Shown here in pieces: positions 34,271 through 46,750 of a DNA stretch of 64,000 nucleotides. The translations under genes were made by a program, and so were the position numbers. The DNA is taken from positions 680,450,001 to 680,514,000 of the forward strand of contig NC_067399.1 in assembly GCF_016432865.1 (NCBI RefSeq). The letters are read 5' to 3'. Position 1 is the stretch's first letter; every line of letters starts with the position of its first letter. This DNA comes from Antechinus flavipes (lineage: Eukaryota). The notes below the pieces were generated by a model that saw only the letters and a list, made by a program, of their open reading frames with translations, was not told where the DNA came from and made no database searches.

Positions 34271-36202
34271 TTGGGGGTGCCTCAGCGTCCCAAGAGGCGC
34301 CGGTTTTATTTTTAACGTATTCTTTTGAGGTGCCGTGGCTTCCACAGACCAGTAATTCCCTGAACAGTCTCTCAGAAACTGTCAAACGGAGAAAGTTGGA
34401 TAGGACCCAGGAGCCGAGAAAACCGCGCTCCCAGAGGCTTCTTACCTGCGGAAGCCTTGGAGAACGAGATTTGTTTTGGTTTGGTTTTGTCGTTGGGCTT
34501 TTTTTCAATGTGACCACGTCCCTTTGGCCGCCGGGAGGCCTCCGGGGAGGGGGTGGCCCGGAGCCTTTGAAGCTGAGGCCCCTCGGTCCACGCGGGCTGC
34601 ACGGAATCACAGAGACGGAGCCACGGGTGCTCACGGCAGGTGGCGGGTTTCTGTGATGCTCCGGCCTTTGTCCTGCTCAAGGTGGACAAACGTGCTGGAA
34701 ACAGGGTAGCTCTTCTGCCCGGCTTCCCCACAGAGGATCATGGAAGCCCAGAATCTGGAGTTGAAAGAGACCTCAGGGGACTTGTTTTTTTCTTCTCTGC
34801 AACATCCCTGAAAGGGAGTCAGTTATCCTCTGGTTAATCTCTGCAGTGATAGGGATGGATCTGAAGCAATCTTTCCACATTTGTTAGTTCTAATTGTGTA
34901 AAATAAATTATTTTCTTTTTAAAATTCACAAGTCATTACTTTCATACCTTCCTATGTCCCCTCCAATTGAAGAATAACAAAGAGGGAAAAGAGAAAGAAA
35001 ACCTTCATTATAAAGATACGTAACCAAACAGAGCCACTTCCTTCACCGGCCATTTCCAAAAATGGCCATCGCAGCCTGTATTTGGAATCCATGGCCTTGG
35101 AGTCACTGGGGGAACAGCCGGTGCTTGGGAATCACAGCCTGAATGGCATCCATCAGAAATCTTTCAAACTTCCCTTTTCGCCCATCTTCTGACTTCCCTC
35201 TTACAAGCCATCATGCTTTATGGCACAATAACCTTCCACTACGTGCACCCAGCATGATTTGTTTAGCCATTCCCCATTAGGCGGACATCACTTTCATTCC
35301 TTGGTTTTAGTTACTGAAGAAATATTTCTATATTCCACTCCCTTCTTTTTTCTTCTTTCTTGGATGTTTTTCAGAAATAAACCTCGTACTGGTATTACTG
35401 CAGCAAAGGGGACGCATGCATTAGGGGCCTGCTTCCAAATTGCCTTGTGGATGTCCGACGCCAATCCGCTCCCCGTTTTCCAACAACCCCTCCAACGTCT
35501 GTCGTTTTCCCATTTTGTCAACTTGGCAAATCTGGTGGAGGTGAGATAGAGCTTCAGACATGCTCTGATTTTATGTCACCTAATTATTTATGCTCTGGAG
35601 TATTTTTTAATGGCTTAGTGGCTATCTTCTGTAGAAAAATGCCTGTTCGTGTATCTTCTTATATGATGTGAAGTGTTGATCTTTCATCTAATTTCTACCG
35701 GTCTGCTTTATAATATTCTCAACATTTTTTATTAAAGATTGAGTCCTTACCCTAACATCTAGAGTCTTTGGGTGGACAAAATACTCTACCATTGAATTCA
35801 TTTGCTTCTTTGTGACCACTTTTTAAGCAGTAAAAGATCATTTTGAAAAGTACAGTTTTATAGTATAAGTTTGAGATTTGGTAATGTTGGGCTTCTTTCT
35901 TTTCTCCATATTTTTTCATCACAATTTTTGGAGTTTTTAACTTTTTGCTCCTACAGATCGTTTTATTTAATCTATAAAAAACATCATTGGTAGTTTGTTG
36001 TGGCATTTAATAAGAAAATTAATTTTAATAGTATTATCTTTTTTCTATCTAATTCCGGTACAAACTATCCATGTGCAATCAATATTGCTCCAATTACTTA
36101 ATTCTGTCTTTATTTCTGTAAAGAGTGTTTTGTAACTGAATTCATATAATTCAGGCTTTTTTTTTTTTTTTTTTTTTTTTTTTGCAAAAAGGCTCCCAGA
36201 TA

Positions 36203-37766
36203 CTTATATTCCAAAGAGATCTTAAAGAAGGGAAAGGGACCTGTATGTGCAAAAATGTTTGTGGCAGCGCTCTTTGTAGTGACCAGAAACTAGAATTTGA
36301 ATGGATGCCCATCAGTTGGAGATTGGCTGAATAAATTGTGGTATATAAATGTTATGATTATTATTGTTTGTTGGAATCTTTACAAACTGCTAACTCATTA
36401 GAATTGATAGATTATTGATCTGATCTTACAAGAAGATGTTTTGGGCCAGAACCTGAAACAAGGTACTAAGTAGAACTAATTGATACAATGCTTGTGTTTG
36501 ATACAATGCTTGTGTTTGTACCTTTACTCCTTGGAGTTCACCCGTTTGGGAAATTTCAGGGTTTAGTATGAGATATCTGAATTCACACCTCCCTTAAAGC
36601 TCTTAGGGCCAGAGAGCACTATGGGAGAAAACCCATAATCCCATTCTCTCAGAAGAGTCCTATATAAGCCCAGTGAAGAGAGATTCTTTAGAATATTTTC
36701 CACTTGGCTGGCCGGTGGCAGAAGAAGAGTTTTCAGAGGAAGAAGCTACAAGTTGAGAGTTCAGCGGAAGATTGAGAAGGCTCTCTCAGAGGCACAACCA
36801 GACCTCTGTGGTGGCTGGGCTCCTGCATCTCCCCCACTGAGACCAAGCTGGTCTGAAAGACTTTCCAGAAAGCTAGCCGAGCCCCAAGTGAAGGAGACAA
36901 GAGATTCATTCCGTCTTTGTGCTGACTGGAGGCTGAAGAAAGCAGAGGCAGAGGCTGAAGGACAGAACCTTTGGATTTGGAGACATTCGGAGGGAGCTCT
37001 TGGAACCAAGCAGAGAGATAGGCCTCTCAACCAATCGGGCTATTTTGGAAGGAGGAAATAAACATTTGTATTTTTACCAGCTGGCTGCATTTGGGATAAT
37101 TATTGATCTGAACTGATACTAAGGCTGCCTCCAAGAAAACCTCCCCCGAGAAACCTGCTCTCTCCCCCAGAGAGAACTATTCTACTTATTTTAAAGAAGA
37201 AAAAGATCATCACAATTGTTCTGTAAGGAATGACCAGCAGGATGAATACAGAGAGACTTGGAAAGGTTTACATGAACTGATGCTGAGTGAAATGAACAGA
37301 ACCAGGAGATCATTATACACGGCAACAACAAAATTGTACAATGATCAATTCTGATGGACATGGCTCTCTTCAACAATGAGAGGATCCAAATCAGTTCCAA
37401 TTGATCAGTAATGAACAGAACCAGCTACACCCAGCAAAAGAACACTGGGAAATGAGTGTGGACTACAACATAGCATTTCCACCCTTTCTGTTATTGTTTG
37501 CTTGCATTTTTGTTTTTCTTCCCAGGTTATTTTTACCTTCTTTCTAAATCTGATTTTTCCTGTGCAGCAAGATAACTGTATAAATATGTATAAATATATT
37601 GTATTTAATACATACTATAACATATTTAACATGTATGGGACTACCTGCCATCTAAGGGAGGGGGTGGAGGGAAGGAGGGGAAAATTGGAACAGAAGTTTT
37701 TGTAAGAGTCAATGTTGAAAAATTACCCATGCATGTTTTGTCAATAAAAAGCTATAATAAAGTGAA
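36203..37766 (+). mobile_element. 5'-truncated younger L1 (ORF2 C-terminus plus 3'UTR) with 17-bp TSD
   Basis: TSD aaaaaggctcccagata at 36186-36202 and 37767-37783; L1 text aagaagggaaagggacc..gtgcaaaaatgtttgtggcagc; tail aataaaaagctataataaa. Confidence 0.9.
36369..37214 (+). mobile_element. Solo ERV LTR (846 bp) with 6-bp TSD
   Basis: TG...CA termini; TSD attgtt at 36363-36368 and 37215-37220; TATATAA at 36661 and AATAAA at 37057; L1 text rejoins across the site. Confidence 0.9.
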
Positions 37767-40354
37767 AAAAAGGCTCCCAGATATTTTATAATTCTCCATT
37801 TGTTTTTAATGTTAATTCTCTTTCTAACTCTCCTTGTTGGGTTTTCTTGGTAAAAATACAGAAATTCTAATGATTTTAAGGATTTATATTATATTCTACA
37901 ACTTTGCAGAATTTATGATTTAAATTAGTTTTTCAATGGGTTCATTAATATTGTTTAAATAATTATATAATTACCTCACTTATGAAAAAGTGATACTTCT
38001 TGTTTCCTTTTCCCCTGTTTATTTTTTCTGTTTTTCTCTTTTTCTTTTTATTATTACTATACTTAAATTAAATTTGGCAAACTGTTGAATAGTAATGGTA
38101 ATAATGGATGTCCTTGCTTTATCCCTGATCTTATTAGAAAAGTCTCTGGTTTTTGCCCCAGCATCTATATTATTTGTTCTTGGTTTTAGTTATTAATGAT
38201 ATTAAGGAAAGATTTATTTATTTATATGATTTTTGTGTTTTTAATGGTTGAATTTTGCCAAAAGTTTTGTTTGGTGTCTATTGATATCATGTGGTTTTCA
38301 TTATTTTTGTTGCTTCTTTGGGTTATTATGTTTATAATTTTCCTATATTGAACCAAGTGCATTCTTGGTATAAATCTAATCTAATGTAAAAGCTTATGGA
38401 TGATATCACTTATTAATGCTATCAAGGAGATACCGAATGGTTACAATGATGTTGAGGCAATGATATTGGAGGGGATTATCAAGAAGTCAGATGGCCAGAC
38501 TGAGGCCGGGGTTATGATCAGCTGGCCAGATGATACTAGTGAAGGAATATACCCCCAACACTCCCTGACCCCTCAAAGCCATGCTGAAGGACACTAGCAG
38601 CCAATCACTGACTGCCACACTGAGAGGAGCCTCTGGATGTTGTCCATCTAAGACTGGGATAATGTAAGGGAAGGCACCAGAGCCAGGGAGAAAAGGGAGG
38701 ACCTCATGGAGGAGGCATCATTGTAGCAAAGCCTTGAAGGGAGCTGGAATCCCAAGAATAAGGATGGAAATGTAGTCCATCCAGGAAAGGAGGAACCCCC
38801 ATGCAAAGATCAGGGTGAAAAAAGAGATGGAATAAGGGAGGAAATGACCCTGTTTGGCAAGAACATGCTACTGAGACCTGATTGTTAAATTCTCTGTGTG
38901 AAAACATATAGCATTTATCAAGGCTTGATTTCTTGTCTTGTATATTGTCAGGACTTCAGAACATGATGGAGAAAACATTAATAATTAATAATAAATAAAT
39001 AATAGTTAATAATAAATAATAATAATATTCCTCAGAGTGATCCTCCTTAGTCCTAGAAAGCTGGTTGTTAAATACTACCCAACTGGGGAATAATGTAGAA
39101 CAAGCCCACCTGGACAGATGGATATTGAAATGTCAGAGAGAGGCAGGAGAGAGTCCCTGGTTGCCAAGCTCAAGAGTGGTCCAATCCACTTTCCCGTTAG
39201 AGTCTGCAGGTAGGACTGACAGACTGGAGCCGGAGGACCATCAGGAGGCAGTCAGTCAGTCAGTCACTGAGCTGTCATGAAGTGCTTGCTGTGAGTCAGA
39301 GGCTCCCTCCTCCCTTTAGGATCAAATTCAGCTTTCTGGGTTTGGCTTCCAAGGCCTTTCATGTCCTGGTTCCGTCTACAGTTGTGCCGTTCCCCTTAAA
39401 GGTCCTACAGTCCAATCAAACGTCCTAATTGTTGTTCCCTAGGCCCAGCTGCCATCGCCGGCCCCCAGGCCTTTCCACTGCCTGTCTCCCAGGCTGCCTC
39501 TCAAGCTTTTTGCTTCCTGCAAAGCCTGGGGCTCAAGCCTTGCTTCCTACGAGGGGCTTCCCCTTCCCCGCCCCAGCTCAGCTACTAGAAACAATAAACC
39601 CATCTCTCGTATCCTTGGTGTGTGGAGAAGGAAATGGCCGTTCCCTGCTCGGACAGGTCCACGACAAAGCAGCCAGGTGGGACGCTATTTTGCTCGGTTC
39701 TGTCAATGTTAGTGGGATTTTTCCCCATTTTTTCTCAGCATGAGAGGTGGAAAAGAGACAAAATAAATGCTCAGGAACTGAAACAATGAAGGACATGTGA
39801 GAAAGGGGAAAGAACCATGAAGAAAAACTAAAGTGGGGGGTGGTCAGCCAGGGGAAAACTTTGGGCAGCTCCGACACTGTCTCCGGGTACTGGGAGACTG
39901 TCGGGTGGAAGGAGAATGCAGCTTTGGCCTCCGAGGAGAGGGACAGGCGGGCTCTAATTCTTTCTCGATCATCTCAGCTCTGTCCGAGGTGGAGTGGGTG
40001 GCCCAGTGGTGAGCGTTCTCTCACTGGAGGTCTTCAGGCAGAGGCTGGAACGGCCTCTTGTCCCATGTGTTGTGGGGGGTATCCTTGTCTCCAAGGGACC
40101 CCGAAGGTCCCTGCCAGCTCTGAGACTCTGTGAAATGGGAATTGTTATTGTTCAGGAAAATAATAACAGCGATAATTAAACCCATACACTTAATAAAGAG
40201 GGCAAAGAAACTTCAGTTCTTTGGAAACGCTGGATAAGATTCAAAAGTCAAAGAAAGAAACTTCAGCCAGCTTGAGAATTAAAAATAAGTCAAATCAACA
40301 AATGAGAAGAATCGGGGGGAGGTCAGGACCAGCAACATCAGACCAGCATCTTTA

Positions 40355-40639
40355 TCGTGTTTTAAAGTTTCTAAAGTTCCAATTGTTCTGTAATGAAGAG
40401 AACCGGCTGCATCCAGAGAGAGGACTATGGGAAATGAGTGTGGACCACAACAGAGCATTTGCACTCCTTCTGTTATTGTTTGCTTGCTTTTTGTTTTCCT
40501 TCTCAGGTTTTTTTCTTTCTTTCTAAGTCTGATTTTTCTTATACAGCAAGCTAACTGTATAAATATGTATACATATATTGGATTTAACATATACTTTAAC
40601 ATAGTTAACATGTATTGGATTACCTGCCATCTGGGGGAG
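40355..40639 (+). mobile_element. L1 3'UTR fragment
   Basis: gggaaatgagtgtggaccacaaca.agcattt...ggattacctgccatctgggggag, same family text as the other L1 ends. Confidence 0.85.
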
Positions 40640-41540
40640 ACAACTCTGAGATACCACTACACACCTGTCAGATTGGCTAGAATGACAGGGAAAGATAATG
40701 TGGAATGTTGGAGGGGATGCGGGAAAACAGGGACACTGATACATTGTTGGTGGAATTGTGAATACATCCAACCATTCTGGAGAGTGATTTGGAACTATGC
40801 TCAAAAAGTTATCAAACTGTGCATCCCCTTTGATCCAGCAGTGTTTTTATTGGGCTTATATCCCAAAGAAATACTAAAGAAGGGAAAGGGACCCATATGT
40901 GCCAAAATGTTTGTGGCAGCCCTGTTTGTAGTGGCCAGAAGCTGGAAAATGAATGGATGCCCATCAATGGGAGAATGGCTGGGGAAATTGTGGTATATGA
41001 ATGTTATGGAATATTATTGTTCTGTAAGGAATGACCAGCAGGATGAATACAGAGAGGCTTGGAGAGACCTACATGGACTGATGCTAAGTGAAATGAGCAG
41101 AACCAGGAGATCATTATATACCTCAGCAGCGATACTGGATGAGGATGTATTCGGATGGAAGCAGATTTGTCAAACAAAGAGAAGCTCTAACTCAGTTCCA
41201 ATTGCTCAATGATGGACAGAAGCAGCTACACCCATCAAAAGAAAAAACACCGGGAAATGAATGTAAACTGTTTGCATTTTTGTTTTGCTTCCCACCTTTT
41301 TTTCTTTTTACCTTCTGAATCCAATTCTTACTGTACAACAAGAGAACTGTTCGGTTCTGCACACATATATTGTATCTAGGATATACTGGGACCTATTTAA
41401 CATGTTTAGGACTGCTTGCCATCTGGGGGAGGGAGGCACGGAGGGAAGGGAAAAGTCAGAACAGAAGTGAGTGCAAGGGATAATGTTGTAAAAAATTACC
41501 CAGGCATATGTACTGTCAATAAAAAGTTATAAAAAAAAAG
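40640..41540 (+). mobile_element. L1 3' end with an open ORF2 C-terminal segment
   Basis: Translation TTLRYHYTPVRLA...CWRGCGKTGTLIHCWW...IPFDPAVFLLGLYPKE...W..N.MEYY is the L1 ORF2 Cys-rich C-terminus; poly-A near 41530. Confidence 0.93.
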
Positions 41541-42466
41541 AATTTAATCTAGAATAGGTGTTTATAGAAATACTCTCTTCCTTCTCTAATGGTAAGCAGA
41601 TCAGGGGAAGTTTCTTGTGAAAGCCTTATTAACCCATTTTACAAATGAAGAAAGCAAAACTCAGAGAAATGATTGTCCCTAAGCAATTGCCAGATGTGGA
41701 ATTCATATAGAAGTCCTCCTGATTCCTCTCCTGAAATGCCCTCTACCTCTCACTGCACAGAGGTGGCAGCTTTCCTTAAACTAATTTTCTTTTCAGTTAA
41801 CAAAGGTTTACTTTCTCTCCTTCCCATCTTCTCCCCAATTATAAGTAAATGAGTGAATGAACGAAAGCAAGCTCTTGGAAGAAATACACAAAGTCAAGAA
41901 AAGCAAGTTTCCCACCTGCACTGCCCCAAACCGTGTGTATGTCTCATTCTGCACCCCAGGCCCACCACTTCTCTGACAGGAGATGGGCCACGTGTTCTTC
42001 CGCAATCATGACTGGTCACTGCACTGGTGAAAGTTCTTGGTGGAGCTTTCCTGTACAAGACTTGGAAAGGGAAAAGCAGAAGCTGGTGAGCCAAAGTTGG
42101 GCAAGGTGTGGAGGCAGTGAGCGTCATCCATTATCACCCATTCAGTCTGCAGACTGTGAACATCATCGGTTCTAGAGCTTGAATTTATTTCATAGTCATT
42201 CTGCATCTATTCTTTAAGCGGTCAGTCAACAAGCATTTATTAATCACCAATTGTGTACCAGGCATTGGGCTAACCTCTCTGAAGTAAAACTGACTTGTCA
42301 GCACCTGGAGAAGCACATATAAATGTGTATAAATGTGTTCAGAACAAAGACTATCTCTTCCAGCTCCAAATCTGCTGCCATACATGTACCCAATGAGTAC
42401 GTACATTTGACAGATAGCTTTCTGTCTCTCCCATGACCAAATGTCAGAAGCAGCAGAGAAGCCCAC

Positions 42467-42562
42467 CTTCCTCCAGGAGGAATCGATGAGAAGTACTTGG
42501 GGAAGGGGTCAAAGGTGCCGGCGTGGAGAGCTGGGCCGTATCGCCGACCAGGCGAACGGGGG
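42467..42562 (-). other. Candidate 96-nt exon of unknown gene
   Basis: ttgtaaaccacag| ... GAAG|GTGGGC; CpG-rich in an AT-rich setting; frame PRSPGRRYGPALHAGTFDPFPKYFSSIPPGG has many C-ending codons; no homologue recognised. Confidence 0.2.
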
Positions 42563-43978
42563 CTGTGGTTTACAACGGCATTAAGAAAGAGCTTGGCAAC
42601 CTTGTTCCGGCTGAGACCCACCAGTAAATACTGGTTCAAGTTGAAAGCTAAAAGCCTCATGAGTGATTCCCCCTGAAAAACAATGTTGATTTCTTTTTAT
42701 GCTTTGATAAACCCCCGAACTTTTCGAAAGGTTCCTGGGCACTTCAGAACTCACAGCCTTTTATGGTTCTCCCATCCATATTGACTAGACATGACACCCG
42801 CTGAAAATACGGAAGCGAGGCTGCCAGAAGCCAGGAGGGCCCTTAGCCCGGCCTGAGCACAGGCTGGAGGATCCCGCCGCTGCCTGCTGGAAAGCTGACC
42901 GCCAGTGGACAAATACAGGCTTCGTTAAGCTAATTCATTGAAGGTTGTTGGGTTTGTTTGGCTTTTTCAGAGGCCCCAAGCATCTCGCAGAAATGAAGGT
43001 CTATTTTTAAATCTCAATACTGAAAAATTCTTGTAAGATATATGCATGAAAAAACAAACAGTCCCCACTGACCATGGCCCCGAACTAAAAATAGTGAGAC
43101 CACAGGACACCATCCTGTGTCTGTGAGACATGGAGATGGCCTGGATGGCCAAAGGACAAATGGATGTCATCCCCAGGAGGGCTCTGAGCTAGTGGGAGCG
43201 AGCTGCCCACAGACAGAACTGGGAGGACGCCAGATCAAGGAGATATCCAGGAAATATCTGATGGAGACAGGATGGGCCGGGCGCAGGTGAGGGTAAGATA
43301 CCAGAGGACTCAGGTGCGCAAGGCCACTGGAACCTCTCATCCCTCAGCCCCTCAGGGCCAGGTTCCTCCCTGGAATAGGAGAAGGGCTGGACCAGTATTG
43401 CATCACATCCTTGCAATGTTGACAGACTCAGAGGAAGGTCCCCCCCCCCCCTCTGGGGAAAGGTCTCCTGTTGGATGTGTCGGAGGAGAGGGATGACCAG
43501 ACCCAAGGTGAGTATGGATGGTCAGAGCTGAGTCAGTGCAACTCGTGTCTCTGTTAATGAGGTCACAGATCTGTGGATGGGGAAGAATTAAAAGTCTTCC
43601 TTGTTCAGTCACCTCCTGTGTGGACAATGGGCCTTCCCCATCCCAGGGAGTTTGGGGAGGAGGGAACAACTAGACAATTACAACAAAAAATTCCTTAAGG
43701 ACAGGTCTCTTTTGTTCTTGTCCCCTAATAGTGCCTAGCACAGCGCTCTGAAAACAAAAATATTTACTTGAGTTGTTAAATTTCTGTATTCTAGTCTGCC
43801 TGTCTTTGGCAAGTCCAAAATGCCCCACTCGGCTCTCATGAAGCCAAACAAAATGGCGGAGAGAATAGCTCACCTGACAAAGTTGACCGGAAGTCCAGAT
43901 TGTCAGTGCACGATGGGATCTCCACGGCCATGGATCCCAATCTGGCCTTCACAAGAATGCCTTTGGTGACCTACTCAC

Positions 43979-44035
43979 CAAGTATTCTTCCAGTCTCTGA
44001 GTGTTGACATGAAGTGAAAAGAAGTCTCTGATGCC
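43979..44035 (-). other. Candidate 57-nt symmetric exon
   Basis: gttctctcag| ... TTG|GTGAGT; all three frames open. Confidence 0.2.
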
Positions 44036-44189
44036 CTGAGAGAACTTATTTCTCTTGGGAGAAATGAATTGCTGGAGCATTTTCCTTATATCCAGGGAGT
44101 GCTGGAGTCAGCTTGAACAAGCTGACCAAAACTGACGGTAAATATCTTAGAAATCAGTGAACACTGCAAACCAGGGCTTGGCCAATTGC

Positions 44190-45200
44190 TTTTTATCATA
44201 TTAAATTTATTATTTATTTTTCTTAAAACAAATCTATTATTTATTTTCAAGGCATATGCAGAGATAATTTTCAACATTCATCCTTGCAAAACCTTCCAAA
44301 TTTTTTCTCCCTCCTTTCCCCCACCCCCTCCCTTGGATGGCAAGTAATCCAATCTATGTCAAACATGTGTAATTCTTCTACATGTATTTCCACATTTATC
44401 ATGCTGCCCAAGAAAAATCAGATCAAAAAAGGAAAAAAAAAAGAAAGAAAACAAAAAACAAGCAAACAACAACAAAAAAGATAAAAATACTATTTTGTAA
44501 TCCATGCTCAGTTCCCACAGGTCTCTCTCTAAGTGCAGAAGGCATCATCTCACTGTTGCAAAGAGCCTTGTCCATCAGAACTGATCATTGTACCCCTACA
44601 TAGAATTCCCAATCACTCTATTTTTGTCCACCTGCATTTTTGATTTCCTTCATAGGCTAATTGTACACTATTTCAAAGTCTGATTCTTTTTATACAGCAA
44701 AATAACTGTTTAGACATGTATATATGTATTGTATTTAACTTATACTTTAACATATTTAACATGTATTCGTCAACCTGCCATCTGGGGGAGGAGGTGGAGG
44801 GAAGGAGGGAAAAAGTTGGAACAAAAGGATCGGCAACTGTCAATGCTGAAAAACTACCTATGCATATATCTTGTAAATAAAAAGCTATAATAATAATAAA
44901 AAAGAACTGATCATTGTATAATCTTCTTGTTGCCATATACAATGATCTCCTGGTTCTGCTCCCTTCACTCAGCATCAGTTCATGTAAGTCTCTCCAGGCT
45001 TCTCTAAAATCATCCCGCTGGTCATTTCTTACAGAGCAATAATATCCCATTACATTCATATACCACAATTTATTCAGCCCTCCCCCAGCTGATGGGCATC
45101 CACTCATTTTTCAGTCTCTTGCTACTACAAAGAGGGCTGCCACAAACATTTTTGTACCTGTGGGTCCTTTTCCCCTTTTTATGATCTCTTTGGGATACAG
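44190..45200 (-). mobile_element. L1 3' end interrupted by a younger insertion
   Basis: Reverse complement of the L1 3'UTR and ORF2 end (cactcagcatcagttcatgtaagtctctccaggc). Confidence 0.88.
44593..44902 (+). mobile_element. 310-bp L1 3'UTR insertion with 16-bp TSD
   Basis: TSD agaactgatcattgta at 44577-44592 and 44903-44918; tail aataaaaagctataataataataaaaa. Confidence 0.9.
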
Positions 45201-45354
45201 TTGGTCAATTGTTTTATAGATTATCTAGAAAAATAAGCGATATCTCCAGAAGAAAACTTCCCAGAAACAATCATTTCTGAAATGTCCACCATGTATCAGA
45301 TGCTATGGAAGGTCAAGGATATAAAAAAGCATCCCTAACGGCTGATTCTGGGCA

Positions 45355-45415
45355 TAATCACCATCACCACCACCATCATCATCATCATCACTATCACCAT
45401 CACCACCAGCAGCAT
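45355..45415. repeat. (CAT/CAC)n trinucleotide tract
   Basis: Visible directly. Confidence 0.9.
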
Positions 45416-46355
45416 CCAGTTGCCCATTTCCACGACTGTGTCCCAGACACACGTCCCATGCTCCAAGGTTTAGTGATACTTACTTCTATGTGGTAGAGTC
45501 AAAGGTTACTTCTGTTATTATGTACAAAACAAGAATTCCTGCAACAATACCCATGGGCAAATCGACATACCGGGATATTGTCCTTTCTTTCCAGTTATTT
45601 CTCTCTTGGAACTATGGTTGTGATTTTTCTATCCCATTGCAGTGACTTGCATAGCCTCCGGTTTTGTAGATTTCTTGGGGTCAATTTTCTCCCTCTTCTT
45701 CCATGATCAGGTCCAAGTCCTCTCAGCCAGGTGGACATGTGTCTGGTCTGTGAGCTGTGCAACACCCCTGGAAAGCAGGCTTTTATTTTGGTACCCAACA
45801 TCACCATCCAGAACCTCAAGTACTGGCTTTTAATCCGAGGCCAATCAATGAAATATAACAATATGGTGGTGTGTGGGATGCTTGGGATAAAAGATAAGTG
45901 TGAGATAGTCCCTGACCTCTAGGAGCTTACATCCTATTGAAGGAACACCATCTGTCAAGGCTGAAACCTCCTGCCTATATTGCCCTTGAAGTCACCTCTA
46001 CCAGAGGCATGTANNNNNNNNNNNNNNNNNNNNNNNNNNNNNNNNNNNNNNNNNNNNNNNNNNNNNNNNNNNNNNNNNNNNNNNNNNNNNNNNNNNNNNN
46101 NNNNNNNNNNNNNNNNNNNNNNNNNNNNNNNNNNNNNNNNNNNNNNNNNNNNNNNNNNNNNNNNNNNNNNNNNNNNNNNNNNNNNNNNNNNNNNNNNNNN
46201 NNNNNNNNNNNNNNNNNNNNNNNNNNNNNNNNNNNNNNNNNNNNNNNNNNNNNNNNNNNNNNNNNNNNNNNNNNNNNNNNNNNNNNNNNNNNNNNNNNNN
46301 NNNNNNNNNNNNNNNNNNNNNNNNNNNNNNNNNNNNNNNNNNNNNNNNNNNNNNN

Positions 46356-46640
46356 TGATGGTGATGATGATGATGTAATGGTGGTGGTGAAGATGATAAT
46401 GATAGTGACAATGATGATGATGATGGTAATGATGAGGATAGTGATGATGATAATGAGGGTGATAGTGATTATGTTGATGGTGATGATGATACTGATGGTA
46501 ATAGTGATGGTGATGATGGTTATGATGATAGTGATGATGGTGATGGTGAAAATGATAATTATAGTAACAATGATTTTGATGATGATGATGAGGTGAGGAT
46601 GATAGTAATGGTGAAGATGATGGCGATGGTAATGATGAGA
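46356..46640. repeat. Degenerate (GAT/GGT)n tract, preceded by N run 46014-46355
   Basis: Visible directly. Confidence 0.92.
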
Positions 46641-46750
46641 ATAAGCCTTTCTGATCCTCACAACAACCCTGTGAGGTAGGTACTATTATTTCCATTTTAC
46701 AGGTGATAAAACTGAAGGATAAAGTGGTCCAAGGTCATACAGGATCAGGA
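46640..46750 (-). mobile_element. MIR/CORE-SINE fragment
   Basis: gatcctcacaacaaccctgtgaggtaggtactattatttccattttacaggtga.aaaactga. Confidence 0.65.

Larger units (their letters stand above)
35240..38395 (-). mobile_element. Old degraded L1, host of the nested insertions
   Basis: Reverse-strand L1 ORF2-type text (atccatg.gcaat.aatatt, agtaatggt.ataatgg..tccttgctt.atccctgatcttatt, aaccaagtgcattcttggtataaatct) interrupted at 36203-37766. Confidence 0.75.

Noticed and set aside
1-34800. Identity as the marsupial RSX locus
   Set aside because: No HPRT1 or PHF6 exons recognised in the window, and the arrays are at most 1.6 kb, whereas RSX repeat domains span many kb; only an architectural analogy is kept.
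38400-38900. 65-aa ORF / possible RTE or CR1 LINE remnant
   Set aside because: Too degraded to assign; no convincing RT motif.
42467-42562. Assignment to CFAP96/C4orf47 or LMF1 from the short motifs AGTFDP(F/Y)P and LH(A/T)GTF
   Set aside because: Matches of only 5-7 residues from memory, with no flanking similarity or other exons; no gene symbol given.
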